Source of the DNA: Chromatiales bacterium
Lineage (GTDB): Bacteria > Pseudomonadota > Gammaproteobacteria > SZUA-152
Assembly: GCA_026982555.1 (NCBI GenBank)
Contig: JALSGT010000062.1
Coordinates: 2,610-66,609, forward strand
Length of the DNA stretch: 64,000 nt
Direction of reading: 5' to 3'
The position numbers were made by a program, and so were the translations under genes. Shown one piece after another: positions 29,066 through 38,425 of the stretch (positions are counted from its first letter, which is position 1; each line of letters begins with the position of its first letter). The notes under the pieces were generated by a model that was not told the DNA's origin, did not search any database, and was given only the letters and a program-made list of their open reading frames with translations.

Positions 29066-29917
29066 TCAGGGCGCAATACTGACAGGGGTCATGCGAATAC
29101 CCAAAGGGCCGCGTTGCACGTAAAACTCCATGCGTCTGTTGTCTCGCATAACCTCAATGGTGATTGTTTCATTGATGTCACCCTGGGTTGTGGCACTGCG
29201 CAGGTCTCGCCCATTGTAAATTCTCTGGTTGTCGTAACGTAAAATCTGATCGCCGGGCTGTATTCCTGAATTATCGGCGGAAGAACCGCTCAACACGCTT
29301 TGTACCGCAATCTGGTTGGGTTGGCCGCTGGCAAACAAATAGGCGGCATAGGCTTCTTCGTCCAGTTCTTCTTTCAGGTTACTGGTTTGTGCTTCCAGTT
29401 TTTGCAGTTCTTCGCGATAACGGGCACTGCCAAGCCAGCCTTCGCGTATGGCTTTGTCGCGCAGGTAAAGTGTTTCCAGTTCCTGTTTTTCAAAGCGTTC
29501 TTTTAATTGCTGTGCCTCGGCAGTATCCATTCCTGCATCGATTAACGCCTGTTGGTTGAACCAGGTGCTGTTTGCGCGAGTGGAGGATATTGTGTTGTGC
29601 GGGGCGGTTGTCGGGTTTTCTTCTGTTTGGGTGACGTTTTGTTTTTCGAGTAATGTGATTTTTTTATCCAGTTGAGCGACCTGGGCTTGCAGGCTTTTTC
29701 GAGCCTCTATTTCTTGTTGCAGTTTTTGCGCGATGTTGTTGATGTTGATATCGATGTTGGCAATTTCTGCGGGAGCGGGCGATGTTGCTATATTTTGCGC
29801 GGTTGTGACGGCCATCGGTTTTATTGCCGGGGGCACGGTGTCAGGTGATTGCAGTAGCAGGCCGATGACAAGGCCAATGATAACGGCGAAGGCGAGGCTG
29901 ATGATGGATAGGCGCAT
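29066..29917 (-). CDS. Membrane-anchored coiled-coil protein with C-terminal PDZ domain
   Basis: ATG at 29917 preceded by aggaa. TM segment ISLAFAVIIGLVIGLLL. Heptad-like QQEIEARKSLQAQVAQLDKKITLLEKQ. PDZ-like GIQPGDQILRYDNQRIYNGRDL ... ITIEVMRDNRRMEF. Confidence 0.65.
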   Translation of the reverse strand: MRLSIISLAFAVIIGLVIGLLLQSPDTVPPAIKPMAVTTAQNIATSPAPAEIANIDININNIAQKLQQEIEARKSLQAQVAQLDKKITLLEKQNVTQTEENPTTAPHNTISSTRANSTWFNQQALIDAGMDTAEAQQLKERFEKQELETLYLRDKAIREGWLGSARYREELQKLEAQTSNLKEELDEEAYAAYLFASGQPNQIAVQSVLSGSSADNSGIQPGDQILRYDNQRIYNGRDLRSATTQGDINETITIEVMRDNRRMEFYVQRGPLGIRMTPVSIAP

Positions 29918-30111
29918 GGGTTTGGTTTCCTGGTGTATGATTGTCGGGTAAATGACTGTCGTCACAGGGTTAAAGGTGAAAATCCTGCAAAGGAAAATTT
30001 TCTTTGCAGACGCTGCGGTAATAATACCGCTGGTATTCTGTGGGTGGTCGTGCCTGTGTCACAAATGTATTGTTACTCCTCTGTTCCGACAATGGTGTTT
30101 TGATGAGAGTT

Positions 30112-31815
30112 CTATTGCCATTGGCCCTCGCGGATACGGTTAATCGCTGCCGCCAGTTCGTGCAGCCGGGGCAGGGCGAGATTACCTACTTTATAGGGAC
30201 TGAAAATATCGAGCCCGTGGCGCTGCGCGTCGGCGATCACTTTTTGTAATCCCTGAATCAGGTTTTCATTGCTGGCGGCATAATGTTGCGAAAAATAATA
30301 AATCATCAGGCCGATGCTGCGGGTTTGACCAATGTCGATAAGTTGTTCTACCTGCGAGAGGTCAATGTGATGCTCCCCGTACAATAAATCATTCACGCCG
30401 CGTGTATTGATTTTGACTTCCCGATGGGCGCGGGCGGGGCTGAGTACGTCGGCGCCGGGACAACGGCTGACCGGTGCGTCAAATGTTTTGCCGGGTATGG
30501 TTGCGGGGGGAATGGGCCTTGCCAGCGCCCGGGCCTGTTCGGTCACGTCGTGAGGTTGATAGGCATCAAGCATGATCACGGTATCGGCCACATCAAAATA
30601 ATCACCGGAACCGCCCATTACAATGACGGAAGACACACCGCGTTGCTGGTACAAATCCCGTACCCGGTGAATCAGCGGGGTGATGGGCTCTTTGTCATCT
30701 GCCACCAGCGCCTGCATGCGTTTATCACGAATCATAAAGTTGGTGGCGGAGGTGTCTTCGTCGATGAGTAATAATTGTGTACCGCATTCCAGTGCTTCGA
30801 TGATGTTGGCGGCTTGCGAGGTGCTGCCACTGGCGTTTTCCGTGGAAAATGCCACGGTGTCGCGACCAAAGGGCAGGTGGTCAATAAAGGGGCTGATATT
30901 GACCCGTGAAATGGCACGGCTGTCTTCTGCGCGGACTTTCACGGCACTTTCGACGGTGGCAACACGCTCGCGGCCATCACCGGGGATGTGGTTGTATACG
31001 CCACGTTCCAGTGCGTGCAGCAGGGTGGACTTGCCGTGGAAACCGCCGCCGACAATCAGAGTGATACCGTGGCCGATGCCGAGGCCGCGTATTTCACCTG
31101 CGTTGGGCAGGGTTACCGTGTGTGCCAGTGATTCAGGTGCCCGGAAGGGGAGTGCATCTTTGCGCAGCGGGCGGTCATCCACACCGCTGGCGCGCGGCAG
31201 CAATGCACCGTCGGCAACAAAGGCGACCAGCCCGGCTTCTTGCAGCCAGTGGCGCAGGGCATTCTGGTCTTCCACACTGTGTACATGTTGGCGGATTTGC
31301 TGGCCGTCGAGGTTTTGGTAATACAGTGCGGCGTCGATGACTTTGGGCAGTTCATCGATGAGCATGGCGACAGCTTCTTGTCCTGCGGCACGTCGCCCCT
31401 GCGCAGGCAGACCCAGGGTGAACCGTGCTTCAATAATGTCCGTGTTTACCAATACCGCATTGCGTACCAGTACTTGCTGGCCGCTGGTGGATATATGAAA
31501 TTCACCACTGCCCCCACTGCCCCGGTGGCCTTTGACAAAGCGGCCAATGGCGTGTTGGATGGCGCGGCCAAGAAAATCCTCCAGTGCCATGCGGCGCACG
31601 TCGGTTTGCCACAGTTCGGGAGGAAATGCAGCTTTGCGGGTATCAACTGAGACACTGATGCGCGAAGGTGTGGCGAAGGGGTCGCCTTGTACGTGATCAA
31701 TACTGAGGGCAAAGGCCGGGAAGGTGTAGGTTCCGGTGATGGCTTTGTAGGCTTTGTAGCCTTTGCCGTCCAGTGCCAGCAGTTTGTTGTGTAAGCTGTC
31801 CATTGGTTTCGTCAT
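30112..31815 (-). CDS. ABC_ATPase-family protein (predicted ATPase of the ABC class, PF09818-like)
   Basis: N-terminal LDGKGYKAYKAITGTYTFPAFALSIDHVQGDPFATPSRISV. Walker A GGGFHGKSTLL. Walker B LLLIDEDTSATNF. The start is uncertain (31815 or 31803; the TTG at 31866 is less likely). Confidence 0.75.
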   Translation of the reverse strand: MTKPMDSLHNKLLALDGKGYKAYKAITGTYTFPAFALSIDHVQGDPFATPSRISVSVDTRKAAFPPELWQTDVRRMALEDFLGRAIQHAIGRFVKGHRGSGGSGEFHISTSGQQVLVRNAVLVNTDIIEARFTLGLPAQGRRAAGQEAVAMLIDELPKVIDAALYYQNLDGQQIRQHVHSVEDQNALRHWLQEAGLVAFVADGALLPRASGVDDRPLRKDALPFRAPESLAHTVTLPNAGEIRGLGIGHGITLIVGGGFHGKSTLLHALERGVYNHIPGDGRERVATVESAVKVRAEDSRAISRVNISPFIDHLPFGRDTVAFSTENASGSTSQAANIIEALECGTQLLLIDEDTSATNFMIRDKRMQALVADDKEPITPLIHRVRDLYQQRGVSSVIVMGGSGDYFDVADTVIMLDAYQPHDVTEQARALARPIPPATIPGKTFDAPVSRCPGADVLSPARAHREVKINTRGVNDLLYGEHHIDLSQVEQLIDIGQTRSIGLMIYYFSQHYAASNENLIQGLQKVIADAQRHGLDIFSPYKVGNLALPRLHELAAAINRIREGQWQ

Positions 31816-31874
31816 GTTTTTGCGCGTTTCTGTTTTATCGTGCTTAATGGACAATCTGCCAAACAAAAAAATCC

Positions 31875-33179
31875 ATGTCTATGTTCTTCAAAAAAAAATC
31901 CGGCACCCATCAACGTACCGTCAACCAGAGCATCGTGGCCTGGGCGCTTTATGATTGGGCGAATTCCGCTTTTGCCACCACGGTGATGGCGGGATTTTTC
32001 CCGATTTTTTTCAAGCAATACTGGAGCGCAGGTGTCGCCAGCACAGAAAGCACTTTTCATTTGGGCGTGGGTAATGCATTAGCGAGTTTGTTCATTGTAC
32101 TGGTGGCACCATTGTTGGGGGCGATTGCAGACAGAGGTGGTTTGCGTCGGCGGTTTTTGTTTTTGTTCGCAGGGACGGGCATGGTGGCCACGGCAGCACT
32201 TTATGGGGTGGAGCAGGGTGAGTGGCTGATGGCGCTGGTATTGTTTGTCACTGCAACCATTGGTTTTATGGGGGCAAACGTCTTTTATGATGCCTTGCTG
32301 GTCAGTGTGGCGAAAAAATCACAGTGGGATTTCATTTCGGCTTTGGGTTATGCGCTGGGTTATCTGGGCGGTGGCCTGTTATTTTCCGTGAATGTGGCGA
32401 TGAGTTTGTCGCCGGAAAGTTTTGGTCTGGAGAGTGCAACCGAGGCGGTGCGTTTGTCGTTTATCAGCGTTGCTGTCTGGTGGGCGGTATTTTCCCTGCC
32501 GTTGTTATTATTGGTGAAAGAAACACCGCCTGCGCAGCGGGTTTCCGGCTGGGCTGTGGCGCGGGCCGGTTACGCGCAATTAGTGGATACCTTTCATCAC
32601 CTGCGGCAGATGCGTGTGGTGGTGATTTTTTTGCTGGCTTATTGGTTTTATATCGACGGTGTGGATACCGTGGTGCGCATGGCGGTGGATTATGGTCTTT
32701 CCATTGGCTTGCAGCAGGAGAATCTGATTACTGCCTTGTTGATCACTCAGTTTGTGGGGCTGCCTGCGACGTTGCTCTTCGGTTTTCTCGCGGCGAGAAT
32801 GGGGACCGGGGGGCAGGGGGCGAAAAGAGGTATCTTTTTTGCGTTAGTTGTTTATGTACTGGCGGTGATCGGTGCTTTTTTCATGGACAGCAGTGCAGAA
32901 TTTTATGCGTTGGCGGTAACAATTGGTCTGGTGCAGGGTGGGGTGCAGGCGCTGAGTCGCTCACTGTATGCGCGGATGATTCCCCTAGACAAATCTGCTG
33001 AGTTTTTCGGTTTTTACAACATGCTGGGGAAATTTGCGGCTGTACTGGGGCCATTGCTGGTGGGTGCGGTCAGTCTGGCTTCTGGCAGCCATCGTTGGGG
33101 GATGCTGTCAGTCGTGGTGTTATTTTTAGTGGGAGGATGGTTGCTGGCTAAAGTGGATGTGCGGCAGATTCGGCAGTGA
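31875..33179 (+). CDS. MFS transporter, UMF1/Atg22-like family
   Basis: AWALYDWANSAFATTVMAGFFPIFFK signature and about 12 TM helices. Confidence 0.8.
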   Translation: MSMFFKKKSGTHQRTVNQSIVAWALYDWANSAFATTVMAGFFPIFFKQYWSAGVASTESTFHLGVGNALASLFIVLVAPLLGAIADRGGLRRRFLFLFAGTGMVATAALYGVEQGEWLMALVLFVTATIGFMGANVFYDALLVSVAKKSQWDFISALGYALGYLGGGLLFSVNVAMSLSPESFGLESATEAVRLSFISVAVWWAVFSLPLLLLVKETPPAQRVSGWAVARAGYAQLVDTFHHLRQMRVVVIFLLAYWFYIDGVDTVVRMAVDYGLSIGLQQENLITALLITQFVGLPATLLFGFLAARMGTGGQGAKRGIFFALVVYVLAVIGAFFMDSSAEFYALAVTIGLVQGGVQALSRSLYARMIPLDKSAEFFGFYNMLGKFAAVLGPLLVGAVSLASGSHRWGMLSVVVLFLVGGWLLAKVDVRQIRQ

Positions 33180-33180
33180 T

Positions 33181-33290
33181 TTTAGCGCAAAGTTTTTAGT
33201 GTTTTTCTCCTCTGCGCCCTTTGCGTCTTTGCGACCTCTGCGTTTACAACACGTTACTTGTTATTACCACGACAGCATAACCTCTAAAGA
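33181..33290. repeat. REP-like element of CGCA(A/G)AG iterations (family 2, copy 2, inverted relative to copy 1)
   Basis: The reverse complement reads gtgttgtaaacgcagaggtcgcaaagacgcaaagggcgcagag ... aactttgcgctaaa and aligns along its length with 5161..5288. It begins 2 nt after the MFS stop. Confidence 0.6.
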
Positions 33291-33310
33291 CACTGGAACG
33301 ATTGTCCTAT

Positions 33311-33385
33311 TGTAGGTTGGTGGTGAGCTTGCGAACCCCAACAGCATAGCAGCGCCGGGGTTCGCAAGTTCACCGCCGACCTACA
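33311..33385. repeat. Long REP-type hairpin (29-nt arms, 17-nt loop); possible bidirectional terminator
   Basis: tgtaggttggtggtgagcttgcgaacccc / ggggttcgcaagttcaccgccgacctaca, with 3 mismatches, all compatible with G-U pairs on one strand. It lies between convergent genes, and the right arm overlaps the last codon and the stop of the response regulator. Confidence 0.6.
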
Positions 33386-33854
33386 CCAGCTCAGGTTGCT
33401 GATTCAGCGATAACCAGTAAGGGCCGAGCTGGCCAATGGTTTTCATGAATTCATCAAAATCCACGGGCTTGCGGATGTAACTGTTGGCCCCCAGGCCATA
33501 CCCCTGGAGGATGTCCTCTTGTTCGGCAGAAGAGGTTAGAATAACCACAGGTAGATAGCGGGTATGTGCCGCGGCACGCAGTCTTTTTAATACGCCGAAA
33601 CCATCGATCCTGGGCAGTTGAATATCGAGCAATACCAGGGCAGGTATTTGTGCGGCATCACGCCCTTCGTACTTTCCTTCTGCAAACAGGTAATCCAGTG
33701 CCTCGACACCATCCCGGGCGACAACAATTTCATTCATCACATTGTTTTTGGTCAGGGCTCTTAGCGTGAGCGCTTCGTCATCAGGGCTGTCTTCAACCAG
33801 TAAAATTGTATTGCGTGTTACGCTGGGAAGCATTGATTGTAATCCGTGTATCAC
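33381..33854 (-). CDS. Single-domain response regulator (CheY-like receiver only)
   Basis: LLVEDSPDD acidic pocket, LVLLDIQLP phospho-acceptor Asp, VVILTSS and YIRKP. 157 aa with no output domain and no adjacent kinase. Confidence 0.9.
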   Translation of the reverse strand: MIHGLQSMLPSVTRNTILLVEDSPDDEALTLRALTKNNVMNEIVVARDGVEALDYLFAEGKYEGRDAAQIPALVLLDIQLPRIDGFGVLKRLRAAAHTRYLPVVILTSSAEQEDILQGYGLGANSYIRKPVDFDEFMKTIGQLGPYWLSLNQQPELV

Positions 33855-33924
33855 TCATTCATTTTCGTTGTATACAGTTAAATAGAAACCCGTCAGCTTG
33901 TCTACGGTCTCTCTGGTAAATAAT

Positions 33925-34159
33925 CCTAGATTCCGCAGTTGACCGCTTCGAGGATGTATTAACATTTTGATAAATAGCTGGTTTGGTGGTTTTGGCGCAT
34001 TCACCTGGTTGAGTGAGTTGCTACGACCTGTATAGCACGTTGCCTTTTGCGCCTAGCCGCGTTGCGCATCGTCGCAATAGCGGGCTATTACTCCTCATCG
34101 CGCCTTGCCAGCCACAAAATTCAACGCACGCTACAGGCCATTCAACTGCGGCATCCAGG
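33925..34159. mobile_element. MITE-like non-autonomous element, copy A (235 bp)
   Basis: Terminal inverted repeats CCTAGATTCCGCAGTTGA ... TCAACTGCGGCATCCAGG, flanked by the direct repeat ATAAT on both sides (33920-33924 and 34160-34164). No ORF. Homologous over its full length to 52442..52639 and 60953..61185. Confidence 0.72.
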
Positions 34160-34201
34160 ATAATACCTGTTGCTAATCATCATTTTGTATAGACGGGTGG
34201 T

Positions 34202-37200
34202 TTATTTTACTGAGAGGGATAGGGGTTTCCACGCTAACATATCAGTAAATAACAGTCCTGCTTTAATGGGTAACGTTGGCCACAGGCGTTGAATGCCAAT
34301 GCGATAGTAGTTGAGCTGTGGTTGATAGTGTTCGGCCAGCGCGTCGAGTTTGGCTGTATTATCAATGTGATGGGTTTTGTAATCCACCAGCCAGATACAT
34401 TTTTTACTGATAACCAGACGATCAATAATGCCATACACACTTTGGCCTTCGTTAGTGTAATGCAGCGGCACTTCGTTGTGTGCATTGATGAACTGCGCGG
34501 GGTCAAACAGATGGCTGAATGTTGCTGAGTGGAATACGGTGTTGGCGCTGTTGAACCATGTTATCAAGTGGTCATCATCTGTTGACAGGTCTAACTCAGT
34601 GGCGACACGCTGTGGAATATCTGTCGCCTGTTCGCTCAGTAACTGCAACATGCGATGAATGGCGATGCCGCGAGTGCGGGCATCCGGGTCAGCCATATGG
34701 GGCGTCAGAGGCGCAGCCGGACTGACTGATATGTTGCTGGGGGCAATGTTGCTTTTTGGTTTTTCCAGGATAAGTGGCTGAATTTTATGTTGTGGTACGG
34801 TGTCAGCCTCTGGCACGGCAGTGGTTTCTGTTATGTGTGTTGCTGCTTGACCACTGGTGAATATCCATCCAGTGGTTGACAGTTCTTCAGCGGTTTCAAC
34901 AAAGGGCGCTTGCAAAAAACCATACCAGCCTAATGCGTCTCCACGCCGTGGCTGACAACCGGAAATAAACAAAAATTGTTTGGGGCGGGTAATGGCCACA
35001 TACAGCAGGTTGGCATCCTCTCGTGTTTCTGCCTTTGCATGCTGGTCGAGAATATTTTGTGTGAAAGTATCTTGTTGTTCTTTAGTGCCCGTCAGCAAAA
35101 AACTGACGGGACGCGGTGCTTGTGCCGGCCAGTCCACAATGGCCTGGTGTGCGACAGAATTGTTGCGTACGTTGGTGCTGTCCACCAAAAAAACCACGGG
35201 TGCTTCCAGACCTTTAGCGGCATGAATCGTCATCAGGCGGACACGGGAACCCGCCTGCAAAGGGCTGCCTTCATCCGGCGCATCCTGTTCCTGCTGTTGC
35301 AGGGTGTGCAGTCGCGATACAAAACGTCCAATGGAGGGATAGCGGCCACTGTCGATTTCCAATGCCAGTTCAATAAAGCGTGTGAGGTTGGCTGCCACCC
35401 GATGTTGCAGGTGTGCCGGATAGGCTGAATGGTAGCGGTTGAGTACATCGCCTTCACAGTAAATGCGATCCAGTAAATCGTGTACGGGCAGGGTGTCTAC
35501 CTGTGCCCGCCAGCGTGACAATAGCATGTGCGCGCGTTGTAAGGCGCTGCTCCTGTTTTCAAGGGCAACAATTGTCGTCAGGCGATCTATCCACTGGCCA
35601 TCTGTATGACTGGCGAGGGCAATGAGATCTTCGTGGCTGCAATCAAACAGGGGGGAGCGCAGTACGCTGGCGAGTCCAAGATTGTTGAAGGGGGTGACCA
35701 GTAATGACAATAAACGTACCAGGTCTTGCACTTCCAGGCTTTGCAGCAGGGTGCCGCGATTAGCTCCGATGTAAGGGATGTCGGCTTCGCGCAGGGCTTT
35801 TTCGTAGTCACCGGCGTGGGTGCGATGGCGCAGCAGAATAATAATATCGCCGTAATTCAATGGGCGCGCTGCATCGGTGGTGCCGGTGAGGGTATTGTTG
35901 TCAATCAGGTGACGGATTTTTTTTGCCACCAGCCGACCCTCTTCAAGGTGACGCTGATCCTGTTTTAGCAGGCGGGGCGTTTGCAGGGGGTTGCGCAGGG
36001 GGGCGCATAACTCGCCAGATGTTCTGTCCGTGCTTCCTGTTTCGTCGTCTGCGGCAGCAATGAGGGGTAAAAATTCAACGTGCCCCCACAGTTGCGGATG
36101 ATGCGTGGCATGGGTGGAAAATTGCATGAGCTGTTGATGCAGTGGACCCTCGCCAAACACACGGTTCACCAAGGTCATAATGGCTTCTGCGGAACGCCAG
36201 GAAGTGTCCAGCGGCTGGGTGATGGCATCAAGCTGTGTATCCAGCCAGTTTTGTGCGGTAACAAACAGTTCCGGGTCGGCGCGTCGAAAGCGATAAATGG
36301 ATTGTTTATTGTCGCCCACCAGAAACACGCTACGGCTGTGCCGGGTTTCATTGGCTGCCAGTTCTTCCAGCAATGGCAGGATGAGTCGCCACTGGGTGGG
36401 GTTGGTATCCTGAAATTCATCAATCAGTAAATGGTCTATGCGTTGATCCAGTTTGTACTGAATCCATTGAACATTGTCACTGTGATTTAACAACTGGTAA
36501 GCCTGCCATTCCAGGTCCGCAAAATCCAACAGGCGTTGTTCGGTTTTCAGTTGTTGATAGTGGGCCAGTAATGCATTGCCCGCCTGATACCAGGCACCGG
36601 TACGGCACAGTGTGTCCATGGCGTTGCGAATGTTCAGGGTCTGTGCAATTTGTTCACATATCCGGTGGTGGAGTTCCAGAAAGCGTTGTTGGCCTGTGTC
36701 ACCCATGGATTTTGCCTGGGTTTTGGACTCTTTGCGTGCCAGTGGTGTGCCGGAAGCCGTTAAAAAGGCTTTACAGCATTGTGCAAAACGTCTGTCGGGC
36801 TTCTCGTTTTCATCGCGGGCGATAGCGAGGGCATCTAATGCCGCAGCATTTTTTTTGCCGGGATGTTTTTGCAGCAGGCCCACAAATTCTGCGAGCAGGG
36901 TCAGTGTGGCCGTGTTGAAAAAATCGGTTTCCGGTTTATCCGTTGCACTGACATTGAGCTGTGTGCTCAATGTTTCCATGGCAAAGCCGAGCGGGTCCGC
37001 TTGTGACTCGGTGAAGGCCCACCAGTCACTGCGATGTTCGAGAAAACGGTTGAGCGCGGTTTGTGTATTGGCCAGACTGTTGCAGCTTTCAAACAGTGTT
37101 TCGATGGCCTGGGCATTATCGCTCTGCGGGTGGCGACTGGCGTCTGCACATAAAGCATCCCAGGCGGCACGTTTTAATTCCGCGGTAGATTCCAGTAATT

Positions 37201-37621
37201 CAAAACCGGGTGGAATACCGGCCTCCAGCGGGAAGCGTCGCAGGATATCCTGGCAAAAGGCATGGAAGGTGGTGGTTTTTACCTTGAAAGGCGAGCGCAA
37301 TAAATCTTCGTACAGTGTGGTGGCTCGTTTGAGTGTCACAGCATCAGCGGGCGCATCGATTTGCTGAAGTAAGGTTTTCAGCCCGGCAGGTGTACTCTGC
37401 GCCAGTTCCAGCAGGCGGGCATTGAGGCGGGTCTGCATTTCTGTGGCGGCCTTGCGGGTAAAAGTGACCGCAAGGATGCCGTCGGCCCGTGCGCCAGCAA
37501 GCAGTAAGCGAATCAGCCGGGTGACCAGCAACCAGGTTTTGCCAGTGCCTGCGGAGGCGTTAACAGTGGCGTTATGTTCGGGGTCGCAAGCGCGCAGGGG
37601 GTTGGCCATGGTGAGGCGCAT
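34202..37621 (-). CDS. UvrD/Rep-family helicase fused to a C-terminal RecB-type PD-(D/E)XK nuclease (AddA-like)
   Basis: Walker A ASAGTGKTW, motif II LLIDEFQDTNPTQW, C-terminal nuclease motif GIIDRLV ... WLVDYKTH. Length 1139 aa. Confidence 0.85.
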   Translation of the reverse strand: MRLTMANPLRACDPEHNATVNASAGTGKTWLLVTRLIRLLLAGARADGILAVTFTRKAATEMQTRLNARLLELAQSTPAGLKTLLQQIDAPADAVTLKRATTLYEDLLRSPFKVKTTTFHAFCQDILRRFPLEAGIPPGFELLESTAELKRAAWDALCADASRHPQSDNAQAIETLFESCNSLANTQTALNRFLEHRSDWWAFTESQADPLGFAMETLSTQLNVSATDKPETDFFNTATLTLLAEFVGLLQKHPGKKNAAALDALAIARDENEKPDRRFAQCCKAFLTASGTPLARKESKTQAKSMGDTGQQRFLELHHRICEQIAQTLNIRNAMDTLCRTGAWYQAGNALLAHYQQLKTEQRLLDFADLEWQAYQLLNHSDNVQWIQYKLDQRIDHLLIDEFQDTNPTQWRLILPLLEELAANETRHSRSVFLVGDNKQSIYRFRRADPELFVTAQNWLDTQLDAITQPLDTSWRSAEAIMTLVNRVFGEGPLHQQLMQFSTHATHHPQLWGHVEFLPLIAAADDETGSTDRTSGELCAPLRNPLQTPRLLKQDQRHLEEGRLVAKKIRHLIDNNTLTGTTDAARPLNYGDIIILLRHRTHAGDYEKALREADIPYIGANRGTLLQSLEVQDLVRLLSLLVTPFNNLGLASVLRSPLFDCSHEDLIALASHTDGQWIDRLTTIVALENRSSALQRAHMLLSRWRAQVDTLPVHDLLDRIYCEGDVLNRYHSAYPAHLQHRVAANLTRFIELALEIDSGRYPSIGRFVSRLHTLQQQEQDAPDEGSPLQAGSRVRLMTIHAAKGLEAPVVFLVDSTNVRNNSVAHQAIVDWPAQAPRPVSFLLTGTKEQQDTFTQNILDQHAKAETREDANLLYVAITRPKQFLFISGCQPRRGDALGWYGFLQAPFVETAEELSTTGWIFTSGQAATHITETTAVPEADTVPQHKIQPLILEKPKSNIAPSNISVSPAAPLTPHMADPDARTRGIAIHRMLQLLSEQATDIPQRVATELDLSTDDDHLITWFNSANTVFHSATFSHLFDPAQFINAHNEVPLHYTNEGQSVYGIIDRLVISKKCIWLVDYKTHHIDNTAKLDALAEHYQPQLNYYRIGIQRLWPTLPIKAGLLFTDMLAWKPLSLSVK

Positions 37622-38425
37622 ATTATCCTAACACGTTGGCCGCATCCACTCTCACCCACTGTTTCGGCGTTACTCTGATAATCCACTGATTAGCCGTATC
37701 TTCATAATTCCATGTGGTGCGCAAATAACCAAAGTGCAGAGTAAAGTAGTTTTTCAGAATATGTTGAATTTTCTATAAGGCGTCAGGCGGCGCATTTTTT
37801 ATTCAAAATAATTTGAAAAATACGTTGCCTTTTGCGCTGTTTATTCACTATTTCTGGTGGTAAATGGAGGTGCAACTGATTGAATGTTAGATATTTCAAT
37901 AAATGAAATGAAATCTCGGAAAATGATAATAAGAAAACGGTTTTGCATAACTTGATTTTGCTTCCGCTATAAGCAGTGGTAGTATTCGCAGTTATGTTGT
38001 AGTGCTGTGTCGTTTGGGAATGTTAGGCTGTGCCTGCCCGTTTAGTTTTCGCACCTGTTAGTTTGGTTTTTTGCGATTACCTAACGGTAGCGTACTTCAT
38101 ATCAAAATATCCCATAACTGATTTTAGTGAGAGCAGGTGATGGAAGAGGAAACAGCCGGGCAGGCACACGTTGGATTAAAAAGTTAGCTGCATAACACAT
38201 AAATAATAAGAAGTTGACTTTCGTTTGCTTAGGTTAGGAATAAAAGCGTCAATCATCAATTAGGGGAGGTGTTTATTCTTGGTTACAGTCATATTTAATT
38301 TTATTTAGGAACCGATTGTTTTGTCGGAGAGCTAAGCCGGGTTGAAGTCAAAGAAACTTTAATATTCTGGAACGTTAGCTTGATATTGTTTTTACGCAGG
38401 AGCACGCAGGAGAGTAGGTATAAGC
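37622..38425. promoter_or_regulatory. 804-bp AT-rich non-coding region upstream of the repeat lipoprotein gene and of addA (divergent)
   Basis: There is no ORF of 60 aa or more on either strand and the composition is strongly AT-rich. It contains the 15-mer ACGTTGCCTTTTGCG (37822-37836), which also occurs in all three MITE copies. I could not place a promoter with confidence. Confidence 0.4.

Noticed and set aside
37884-37955. A 23-codon ORF (MLDISINEMKSRKMIIRKRFCIT) with GGAGG upstream, in the AT-rich region.
   Set aside because: The SD-ATG spacing is about 13 nt, the composition is what AT-rich DNA yields by chance, and there is no supporting homology.
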